Part shown: in pieces, positions 8,667 to 16,430 of the stretch | Layout of the letters: every line of letters starts with the position of its first letter | How positions within the stretch are numbered: position 1 is the stretch's first letter | NCBI GenBank assembly: GCA_965371515.1 | Contig: CBDUYR010000047.1 | Span: 1 to 21,793, forward strand | Length of the DNA stretch: 21,793 nucleotides | Reading direction: 5' to 3' | From: an uncultured bacterium | Lineage (GTDB): Bacteria; Krumholzibacteriota; Krumholzibacteriia; Krumholzibacteriales; Krumholzibacteriaceae | Notes under the pieces: model-generated | Databases searched by the model: none | Seen by the model: only the letters and a program-made list of their open reading frames with translations | What the model was told of the DNA's origin: nothing | Translations under genes and position numbers: made by a program

Positions 8667-10142
8667 TCAAAAGTCGATAAAATCTTCCGTCTTGAGCCAC
8701 CAGGGGGGATTCCTGTACGACGCGTTAAAACCCCCCATCGACGGCATGTAATATTCCTTCGCCTCTCTCCCGGGAAAGAGAACCTTCTGCATCGCCGTCA
8801 GCGCCTGGTGCGACAGGCCCGTCGGATCGTTCGAGGAGACCTTGAGCGCCGTCCTGTGCAGCCAGTTCGATTTCCTCGAGTAGGGGCAGACCGCCACGCA
8901 GAGCCTGCAGCCGATATTGCCGAGGTTCGAGTACCAGAAGTTGTGGCACTTCGACCTGTCGATCTTCCAGCGCCTGTATCCCCGGACCTCGACCTCGGTA
9001 TCGAACGAGATCGCGCGGCTCGGGCACTGATCGGCGCATATTTTACATGTCTTGCAGAATTCCTTCACGCCGAAGCGTATCGGCCTGTCCGGCTCCATCG
9101 GGATATCCGTCGTCACTACGGCCGGCCTGAAGTTCGAGCCGAGTTCCGGCGTAATGAGAACACCGTGGCGCCCCTGTTCGCCGAGGCCTGCGTCTATCGC
9201 TACCGGCGGAACCATCAGATCGTAGTCCATCCCCGGCGTGTGCGGCCGGGCCGGATAACCGAGCAGCCTGATAAAGGCTGCCAGGCGGTAGGCGACGATC
9301 CTTGATTTCGAATATGCGTCGTGCGACGTACCGTAATTCGGGTTGGCATAGAATGGGTCCCACGACATCGGCGTGCCGACCACTATGGCGTACTTCCAGT
9401 GCTTCGGTATCTCAAGAGGTTTGCCAGCGTCGAACCCGCGCCCCCTCATCGGGTAACTATAGACCCAGTCTGGATTGAGCTCGGTAACGCCGGTCAGTAC
9501 AGATCCGAACTGGTAGGACATCTGCTTTATCAGTTTCGACGTCATACCGGGCGATTTCATTTTATACGGCCCGGATGGATACCCGAATCCCTCTCCCTTC
9601 GGGAAGTCGGAGATCTCGGGAGATTCGGTTATCCCTTCGGGCCAGACCTCGCCCATCGCATGGGACCACGCCTCGGCGAGAATAAACCTCTCCCCGTACT
9701 CCTTGTCGTCTTTCCTCCTGTTCGGGTAGATCTCGCTGCGGAGCTTGAGGTCAGTCTCGAGGTCCTCCGGGTGCTTCTCATAATATTCCCTGAGAGGATC
9801 GTCGAGGCCGGCCAGCCCCTTCTCCGCGTCCCACGTCCTCATCAGTCCCGGCACCCTGGCAAAGATCACCCCGGTCCTCGCATCGACCCTGCTTGTCGGC
9901 CCGACCTTGTCGTGGGCCGCTCCGCTGACGGCGTGCTTCAGACGATCGAAGGTCTGCGCGGCGCCCTGGAATGTCTCGGTGCCGGTGTAGGAGCGCGGGT
10001 CCTTGCCTGCGGCGTAGCCGAACATCCCCAATCCGGATCCTCCGAGCACGGCCGCCATCACCCCGGAAAACTTGAGGAATTCTCTCCTGTCCACATCCCC
10101 TGACGAATAACGTTTTTTGATCTCTTCAGCATCCATCGGCAT
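8667..10142 (-). CDS. rdhA: Reductive dehalogenase catalytic subunit (corrinoid / 2x Fe-S), Tat signal
   Basis: DRREFLK twin-arginine motif plus hydrophobic stretch; LNPDWVYS; AIDAGLGEQGRHGVLITPELGSNFRPAVVTTDIP; Fe-S motifs CKTCKICADQCP and C-x12-CRLCVAVCP; C-terminal PPWW; adjacent rdhB. The start could be 10136. Confidence 0.88.
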   Translation of the reverse strand: MPMDAEEIKKRYSSGDVDRREFLKFSGVMAAVLGGSGLGMFGYAAGKDPRSYTGTETFQGAAQTFDRLKHAVSGAAHDKVGPTSRVDARTGVIFARVPGLMRTWDAEKGLAGLDDPLREYYEKHPEDLETDLKLRSEIYPNRRKDDKEYGERFILAEAWSHAMGEVWPEGITESPEISDFPKGEGFGYPSGPYKMKSPGMTSKLIKQMSYQFGSVLTGVTELNPDWVYSYPMRGRGFDAGKPLEIPKHWKYAIVVGTPMSWDPFYANPNYGTSHDAYSKSRIVAYRLAAFIRLLGYPARPHTPGMDYDLMVPPVAIDAGLGEQGRHGVLITPELGSNFRPAVVTTDIPMEPDRPIRFGVKEFCKTCKICADQCPSRAISFDTEVEVRGYRRWKIDRSKCHNFWYSNLGNIGCRLCVAVCPYSRKSNWLHRTALKVSSNDPTGLSHQALTAMQKVLFPGREAKEYYMPSMGGFNASYRNPPWWLKTEDFIDF

Positions 10143-10248
10143 CTCTCTTCCTTCCCGCGAAGGCCTTCAGTATATCGTCAAGGTGGGCGCGCCAGCTTCC
10201 CCAGCTGTGGCCGTCGCTGTCGACCGGATCGATCTCTCCGGCCGCCAT
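10126..10248 (-). pseudogene. Probable C-terminal remnant of an alpha/beta-hydrolase (Fes/esterase-like)
   Basis: Unlisted 40-codon frame MAAGEIDPVDSDGHSWGSWRAHLDDILKAFAGRKRDADGC; 'DGHSWGSWRAHLDDIL' resembles the catalytic-His terminus of esterase-family proteins; its stop overlaps the rdhA 5' end. Confidence 0.5.
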
Positions 10249-10281
10249 GCAGTCACGCTCAGGTCCAAAGTATCCACCTCC

Positions 10282-10312
10282 CTCAAGGCTGATCTTCCCT
10301 GCCAGCCTTGAG
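10282..10312. repeat. Perfect 10-bp inverted repeat
   Basis: CTCAAGGCTG (10282-10291) / CAGCCTTGAG (10303-10312), 11-nt loop, no U-tract; contains the stop codon of the low-GC gene. Confidence 0.6.
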
Positions 10313-12316
10313 TCTCCTTATCATGGTTTCTGCCGTTTCAACAATCTCGCTCTCGGGATAATTCTTTAACGCCATATCAAAAGCCTCTATAGCGGTCAAA
10401 GTATCCGACAAATCTTCCAGGTATACGAATCCTATTATGAAACTGGCTTCCGAAGCGCGTTCACTTTCCGGATAATTGTCGATGATTCTCCTGTAGTACT
10501 CGATTCTCTTCATGGGAAGTATCGTATGAAACGCTATGCGCCACAGGGCTTCGGGCGCTTTTTCATGATTGGAGCAAGTCATCGCGATGATCTCGTAGCA
10601 CTTCAGCTTCGCTACTATTCCGATATCGCCGCACGAGAGAGCCCAGAGCGCATCAGGAGAATTCGATGCCGCCCGGATTTTGCCATTAATTTTTTCTTTT
10701 TCGACTCCACTATCGATATGTTCCGGCGGAGTTTCCTTTCCTTCGCTGTTGATTTCTTCCAGCAGCGGGATATTAGCCGCTATTCTGATATCGTCGCGAA
10801 GGTAGATGAACTCGAAATATCTTCTTCTCTCTTTTGACTTGAATTTCTTCACAAGAGCATAGCTGTCGAACCTCTTGTCTTTCGCGATGATCCTGGATTC
10901 ATGCCCGTGGTCCAGTCTCATAAAGTTATAGCTGGTGAAGGCGATTGCCCCGGGATTGCGGGAAAAGAAGTACTCTGCCAGCAAGGTCTTTTCATCATCG
11001 GACGGTCCCTTTTCGTATGATTGAAGTGTTTTGATAAGTGCTCTTGTCTCCCTGGACAGATCCCGATAGTTTTCTATTCCGGTCAGGCGGGGAATGTTTC
11101 TGGCAAGATATTCGTCGTTCAATCTCCCGAAATCGATCGTTTTCAACTTCGAGTAGTACGGTATTGCTCCGGCATCGGCGTGAACCACAAGCCACTCGCC
11201 GGGTGGAACGCAGTCTCGGAGAAATTTTCCCGCAGGTATATGAATATCCCGCAATACCTTGAAGTGAGTCGAGGAATATTCGATCTCCTTCTTCATCTTC
11301 CGGCGCTCGACATTGGACGCCGCCTGCATTGAAACGAGCAGCACGATCAGGATTATAGCTTTCACGGTAGGCCTGACCTGGCAAAGTATTCCGCCTACAG
11401 CTACCAGCGCCAGGATGTAGAAGGGAAGAAAAAACCGGTATGAGTAGTTCATCATCAGCCTCGAGCAGAGATAAGTGAGGATGATGATCAAGGTGAACAC
11501 GGTTGTTCCAAATACAAGGCGCCTGTGCTTTCTAAAGTGGTCACGGCCAATAAATATGAGTGCCAGAAGACCCGGCAGGGGAAGATATGTGACTAGCAAT
11601 CTTCGCAGAATTATGAGGTTTTCCATACTTATTCCCGCTTGAGACAATTTTGCGTAGAAGGTGTTAGGCAGGAATTGACCGTAATATATCCATCTCCATA
11701 TGAAATAGATCAGGCAGGGAACGAGCCACGCGATTATCGTCTTCCTGGAGACCGGCCTGTAGAACACAATCAGGATTATAGAGATCACAGCGCCTTCGGG
11801 ACGTGTGAACCCGAGTATGAGGAGCGCCCCGACAAAGAACGCGTTGTTCCTGACGGAAAATGCATAGATCGCCAGGAGAATAGCCGTGTTGAACATCGTA
11901 GTCTCGAGACCACTCCAGGCGTGTGTGAACAGAAACGGCGCTGTGCAGTAGAGAACCAACGCGGATACGCTGCCCAGGTTAAATCCACGAAAAATCAGGA
12001 TCAATAGAATCGCCCCGATGAAATAGCAGGCTATTCCGATAATGTGAGCAGCGATGATGGGCGAGATCGACAGTTTCATCCCCAGCGCGATCAGTGAGAC
12101 CATAGCGATCCCGGTATATCCTTCTACCGGATTTTCGCCGACGTTCCAGTTTAGCTCGCCGTGATCGACCAGATTTTCCGCGTACCTGAAGAGGATGAAT
12201 GCGTCGTCAACGACCCAGCCCGGATATCTGATCATCATCACTGAAGAATACGCGACAGCCGCAACGGATACAGCTATCAGCAGCACTCTGCCGGTGATTT
12301 TCCAACTGAATCTCAT
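10283..12316 (-). CDS. Polytopic membrane protein, GT-C/glycosyltransferase-like, with C-terminal TPR (BamD/YfiO-like) repeats
   Basis: DDAFILFRYAENL…G…WN…PVEGYT loop after TM1, SGLET, TRPEG, YYGQFLPNTFYAK, YRFFLP, DAGAIPYYS; C-terminal 'YYRRIIDNYPES…EASFIIGFVYLEDL…NYPES' TPR-like repeats; lower GC than the flanks. Confidence 0.7.
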   Translation of the reverse strand: MRFSWKITGRVLLIAVSVAAVAYSSVMMIRYPGWVVDDAFILFRYAENLVDHGELNWNVGENPVEGYTGIAMVSLIALGMKLSISPIIAAHIIGIACYFIGAILLILIFRGFNLGSVSALVLYCTAPFLFTHAWSGLETTMFNTAILLAIYAFSVRNNAFFVGALLILGFTRPEGAVISIILIVFYRPVSRKTIIAWLVPCLIYFIWRWIYYGQFLPNTFYAKLSQAGISMENLIILRRLLVTYLPLPGLLALIFIGRDHFRKHRRLVFGTTVFTLIIILTYLCSRLMMNYSYRFFLPFYILALVAVGGILCQVRPTVKAIILIVLLVSMQAASNVERRKMKKEIEYSSTHFKVLRDIHIPAGKFLRDCVPPGEWLVVHADAGAIPYYSKLKTIDFGRLNDEYLARNIPRLTGIENYRDLSRETRALIKTLQSYEKGPSDDEKTLLAEYFFSRNPGAIAFTSYNFMRLDHGHESRIIAKDKRFDSYALVKKFKSKERRRYFEFIYLRDDIRIAANIPLLEEINSEGKETPPEHIDSGVEKEKINGKIRAASNSPDALWALSCGDIGIVAKLKCYEIIAMTCSNHEKAPEALWRIAFHTILPMKRIEYYRRIIDNYPESERASEASFIIGFVYLEDLSDTLTAIEAFDMALKNYPESEIVETAETMIRRLKAGREDQP

Positions 12317-12354
12317 TTATGGATTTCCCCGGGTCTATTCCCACGAATCAACTG

Positions 12355-13800
12355 TTATCGCTCTTTTTCAAGTTTCAGTGATGTCTTCTGAATAAGATCC
12401 CATGCACCATCGACATGCCGCCGTTCAGTGTTCGTCTGGCCGATCGAGAAGCGAAGGGTAACCCTGTCGTCCAGCTTCGTGTGTGTGAGATATATCCTGC
12501 CGCCGGAATTGAGATCTTCCATCAGCCGCATGTTGAATGCGTCTCCCCCCCCGTGCCTGAAGCAGACGAGGTTGAGCAGCGGCCGTACGGCGAGCTCGAA
12601 ATGTTCAGATTTCTCGATACGCTCCGCCAGCTCCTGCGCAAGCCCGACATGGGCGCGGACGTGATGCCTCAGCCCCTCGACGCCGTAGTGCCTTATAACC
12701 ATCCAGAGCTTCAGCGCCCTGAAGCGCCTTCCGAGCGGGATATGCCAGTCCCGGTAGTCGATGACCGCTCCCGATTCGGTCGACTTGTTCCTCAGGTATT
12801 CGGGCAGAATGCTCAACGTCCGGATAAGGACCGATCTGTCGGCAACGAAGAAACAGTCGCAGTCGAAGTTGGTGAACATCCACTTGTGGGGATTGAAGCA
12901 GTAACTGTCGGCCAGCTCGACGCCTTCGTTGATGAATCTGTACTCTGGACAGAGCGCCGCAGTACCGGCCATCGCAGCATCGACATGGAGCCAGATCCCT
13001 TCGTCGCGGCATATCCGCCCGATCTCCGGCACCGGATCGACCGCAAGGGACGATGTTGTGCCGACCGTCGCGCATACGAAGCAGGGAATGAGTCCCGCTT
13101 CCCTGTCCGCAGCGATCTGCGACTCGAGCAGGTCGGGACGCATCGAGCAGTTTTCGTCCACTTCAATAAGCCTGAGGTTGCCGCTGCCGATGCCCGCAAC
13201 CCTGACCGCCTTCTCGACCGATGAGTGCGTCTGCGTGGAGGCGTAGGCAACGAGCGTGCCGTCGCAACCCTTCTCGTCGCTCAGGAAACCGGTCGCCCTC
13301 TCCCTCGCGGCGAGGAGCGCGCACAGAGTGGCGCTCGATGCGGTGTCCTGGATCACGCCCCCGCCGTCACCGTCCGACTTGAATTTATCCGGCAGTCCGA
13401 GCATCCTGACGAGCCAGTCGAGCACATGCGTCTCGAGCTCGGTGCAGGCAGGGCTGGTCGCCCAGAGCATCCCCTGTACTCCGAGGCCGGCGGAGAGCAG
13501 CTCGCCGAGGATCGACGGCCCCGAGGCGTTCGCAGGGAAATAGGCGAAGAAGTTGGGCGACTGCCAGTGCGTGATCCCCGGAAGGATGAGATCGTCGAGG
13601 TCCTTCATGACCGCATCGAAATCCTCGCCCGTCTCCGGAGGCTCATCGGGCAGGGCGGCACGCAGTTCGCCGGGCTTCGCACGGGACAGGACGGGAAAGG
13701 ACTCGATCCGCTTCTGGTAATCCGCGATCCAGTCTATGACGGCATGACCCCGCAGCCTGAACTCCTCCGGGGTCATGTGATGATCTTTTCTTTCTTTCAT
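12355..13800 (-). CDS. PLP-dependent aromatic-L-amino-acid (DOPA-type) decarboxylase, group II
   Basis: PGITHWQSPNFFAYFP, SPACTELE, HSSVEKA, WLHVDAA, FNPHKW (PLP lysine), LGRRFRALKLW. Confidence 0.93.
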   Translation of the reverse strand: MKERKDHHMTPEEFRLRGHAVIDWIADYQKRIESFPVLSRAKPGELRAALPDEPPETGEDFDAVMKDLDDLILPGITHWQSPNFFAYFPANASGPSILGELLSAGLGVQGMLWATSPACTELETHVLDWLVRMLGLPDKFKSDGDGGGVIQDTASSATLCALLAARERATGFLSDEKGCDGTLVAYASTQTHSSVEKAVRVAGIGSGNLRLIEVDENCSMRPDLLESQIAADREAGLIPCFVCATVGTTSSLAVDPVPEIGRICRDEGIWLHVDAAMAGTAALCPEYRFINEGVELADSYCFNPHKWMFTNFDCDCFFVADRSVLIRTLSILPEYLRNKSTESGAVIDYRDWHIPLGRRFRALKLWMVIRHYGVEGLRHHVRAHVGLAQELAERIEKSEHFELAVRPLLNLVCFRHGGGDAFNMRLMEDLNSGGRIYLTHTKLDDRVTLRFSIGQTNTERRHVDGAWDLIQKTSLKLEKER

Positions 13801-13804
13801 ACGA

Positions 13805-14512
13805 TCAGTCGCGTGCCATATCTGTCTTCCAGACCTCCCAGACCTTGCCCACGAGATCGGGCCCGGGTTTCAGTGTCATCTTGCCCGGCTTCCAGCCCGA
13901 GGGCGTCGCCTCTTTGCCCGCACTCTTCCTGACGAGCTGGAAGGCCTGGATCTGCCTTATTGTCTCGGCAACATTACGTCCCACGGGGGGCGTGAGCACC
14001 TCGAACCCCTGTATGACGCCGTCCGGATCGATGAGGAATCTTCCCCTGTTCTCCACCCCGGCATCCTCGTCGTAAACGCCGTAGACCTTTCCGACCTTGC
14101 CCCCCGCGTCGGAGAGCATCGGGAAGGGAACGCCGCCATCGACCATTTTCGACAGCTCGTTGTCGTTCCACATCTTGTGGACGAACATGCTGTCGACGCT
14201 CATCGAGAGCACCTCGACTCCTAGCTTCTGGAATTCAGGGAACGCGTCGGCGACCGCCGACAGTTCGGTAGCTCAGACGAATGTGAAATCGCCCGGATAG
14301 AAGCAGAGTATGACCCACTTCCCGAGGAAATCGGAAAGTTGGATGCTTGTGAATTCACCCTTGTGATAGGCCGGAGCGGTAAAGTCGGGGGCCTTCTTTC
14401 CGACTGACACCATCGGCCTCACCTCCTTTTTCTCTACTGACGGGTTTTCATCATTCCCGGCGGCGGGCTCTCCAACGGGTCCGCCGGTGGGACGAGCACA
14501 ACTTACCCCCAT
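13805..14512 (-). CDS. prxU: Selenocysteine-containing peroxiredoxin (AhpC/Prx1-like, PrxU type), 235 aa, Sec80
   Basis: ORFs 14273..14560 and 13805..14212 are in one frame, joined through TGA 14275-14273: [41 protein letters not shown] sits at the peroxidatic Cys position of DFTFVCPTE. ATG 14512 has a GGAGGAGGA RBS. Confidence 0.92.
14246..14261 (-). promoter_or_regulatory. Bacterial SECIS-like hairpin
   Basis: Begins 11 nt 3' of the UGA: GUCGGC-GGUC-GCCGAC, a 6-bp stem with a G-containing apical loop. Confidence 0.75.
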
Positions 14513-14551
14513 GTCCTCCTCCTCCGAATAGGACTTGAATAATCGTGCAGC

Positions 14552-14581
14552 ATTATACAACAGGCCGGGGCAACCTGTAAG
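14552..14581 (-). promoter_or_regulatory. Putative promoter for the peroxiredoxin gene
   Basis: Perfect TATAAT (14557-14552) about 40 nt upstream of ATG 14512; weak -35 (CTTACA, 18-nt spacer). Confidence 0.45.
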
Positions 14582-14695
14582 GATTATCAGCCGCGGCAGA
14601 ATTTCGCTTCCACAGCCGACAAAACGCCTCCCGAGGCCCCGTACTGGTACTCTTTATGCATATATCTGTTTTATCCTTGGCAAAGGGTTCGATAA

Positions 14696-15688
14696 ATGAA
14701 AGAACTGATACTCAAACAGATAGATGTTTTCTCCACCTCTCCGTTCTGTGGTAATCCTGCGCTGGTCGCTACCGGCGCCGAAGGGCTGTCCCTGGAAGAG
14801 ATGCAGCGGGTGGCGGCGGAGATGAACATCCTCGAATCGACCTACGTGACGAGGCCCCAGGCGGCCGACGCCGACTACAAGGTCAAATTTTTCACGCCGA
14901 GCAGCGAGTATGATTTCAGCGGTCACGCGATGATCGCCACCTGTTTCGCTCTGGTCGAGGAAGGTATCGTCACACTCTGCGACGGCGTCACCACGAAATC
15001 GATCGAGACTAACGCCGGCGTGATGATGGTCGATTTTCATTTCGAGGAGGGGGACGACAAGTACGACTCGGGCGGACCGGATTCGGCACCTCTAAACTCC
15101 GGCGGTGTACCCGGCGCACTGAAGAAGATCATGATTCACCGGTCGATCGAGCAGTTCAGTTCGACGGACATCCCGGTATCGGAAATCGCGTCTACGCTCG
15201 GGATCCCCGAGGACGAGATCACGATGACGGGCCTCCCGGTGGAAATCGTATTCAACGGCGTATATCAGCTTGTCATACCAGTACAAAGGTCAGCAACGCT
15301 CGTATCGATGTGCCCCGACCTGATAAAACTCAAACTGATGAACCTCAGGCTCGGTGTGCAGACGACCGACATTTTCACCACCGACTCCCTCAACGACGAC
15401 TGCATCTGCTACTCCCGCCACTTCTCACCGGTAATGGGAATGTGGGAAGATCTGGGCTCGGGGGCCGGTGGATCGAGCATCGCAGCCTATATGCTGAGGC
15501 ACGGCGTGATCACATCGCAGGCCGCGGTGATGGAGCAGGGCCCCGAAATGGACAAGCTCTGCAGGGTCCACGTCGACGTAAGCGAGACAAACGGCGAGGC
15601 CATCGCCGTACAGATCGGCGGCCTCGCCGTCACATCGATGACGCGTAAGGCGACAATCCAGGACAACGACAAAGTCGTCGTCGTCTAG
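14696..15688 (+). CDS. PhzF/DAP-epimerase-fold isomerase family protein
   Basis: IDVFSTSPFCGNPA, MQRVAAEMNILESTYV, FFTPSSEYDFSGHA, SRHFSP…WEDLGSG, EQG, V-x-IGG-x-AV. Confidence 0.88.
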   Translation: MKELILKQIDVFSTSPFCGNPALVATGAEGLSLEEMQRVAAEMNILESTYVTRPQAADADYKVKFFTPSSEYDFSGHAMIATCFALVEEGIVTLCDGVTTKSIETNAGVMMVDFHFEEGDDKYDSGGPDSAPLNSGGVPGALKKIMIHRSIEQFSSTDIPVSEIASTLGIPEDEITMTGLPVEIVFNGVYQLVIPVQRSATLVSMCPDLIKLKLMNLRLGVQTTDIFTTDSLNDDCICYSRHFSPVMGMWEDLGSGAGGSSIAAYMLRHGVITSQAAVMEQGPEMDKLCRVHVDVSETNGEAIAVQIGGLAVTSMTRKATIQDNDKVVVV

Positions 15689-15724
15689 ATCCCCGCGATC
15701 AGCATCCTTTAAATTTCCTGAATC

Positions 15725-16279
15725 TCAGACCGCCGATCGGGCTTCCTTCTGGAATTTCCTCGCCTTTATGCCGAAGCTGATCAAGAGCATACCGAACATG
15801 CTCGCGAAGAAGCCAATCAGCCAGGAAATCGCCACGATGCCGGTTCCGGGGTGCCTGAACAGCATCAGCCCGAAAAGTATCGAGACGACGCCTCCGAAGA
15901 CGAGGAGCCATTCGCTGTCGAGTTCCTTCCGCAGCCTGATTGCCGCGATTATCCTGAACAGCCCGCCCCAGATGGCCCACACCGCTATGAATATAATAAT
16001 TCCAGTTGCTACAAACCCGGGGCGGGTCAGTGTGAGCAACCCGAGGACCAATCCTGCTATCCCCTCTAGAAGAACGATCCACCAGATGTCGCTGTACTTC
16101 CTCCCTGCGATTGATCCAGCGATGGCAAAAAGCCCCTCTATCAGTACGAATATACCGAAAAACATCAGCAGGATCTTCATCGCGACTCCGGGCATGAACC
16201 AGGCGTACATACCGAAGATCAGCGCCAGAACGCCCCTGACCACATAGACCCACCAGTTTCTTGAGAACAGTTCGAGCAT
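15725..16279 (-). CDS. HdeD/DUF308 family membrane protein
   Basis: NWWVYVVRGVLALIFG, six TM helices, 'AAIRLRKEL..EWLL..GGVVSILFG'; GAGGA RBS. Confidence 0.88.
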   Translation of the reverse strand: MLELFSRNWWVYVVRGVLALIFGMYAWFMPGVAMKILLMFFGIFVLIEGLFAIAGSIAGRKYSDIWWIVLLEGIAGLVLGLLTLTRPGFVATGIIIFIAVWAIWGGLFRIIAAIRLRKELDSEWLLVFGGVVSILFGLMLFRHPGTGIVAISWLIGFFASMFGMLLISFGIKARKFQKEARSAV

Positions 16280-16350
16280 GCCGGATTCCTCCTCTACAGA
16301 TCGAAATATCAGAACGATGTTTTAATTGCCATTGATGATCGTCTGACGTG

Positions 16351-16378
16351 ATTCTACCCATAAAGGGACGACAGTCAA
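16351..16378 (-). promoter_or_regulatory. sigma70-type promoter for the HdeD-like gene
   Basis: TTGACT (16378-16373), 16-nt spacer, TAGAAT (16356-16351). Confidence 0.55.
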
Positions 16379-16430
16379 TATAAAAGCATAGGATTATTCT
16401 GATGAAGGAGCTATTGCGGGAGGGTGTGGC

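Noticed and set aside
8667..10142. Epoxyqueuosine reductase QueG instead of RdhA
   Set aside because: The Tat signal, 491-aa length and adjacent RdhB-like anchor are not features of QueG.
10282..10312. Inverted repeat as an integron attC site or IS end
   Set aside because: Too short, no GTTRRRY/RYYYAAC core seen, and no integrase or transposase nearby.
14273..14275. Peroxiredoxin as a nonsense-mutated pseudogene or two separate genes
   Set aside because: The TGA lies precisely at the catalytic residue, both halves are intact and in frame, and a SECIS-like hairpin follows.
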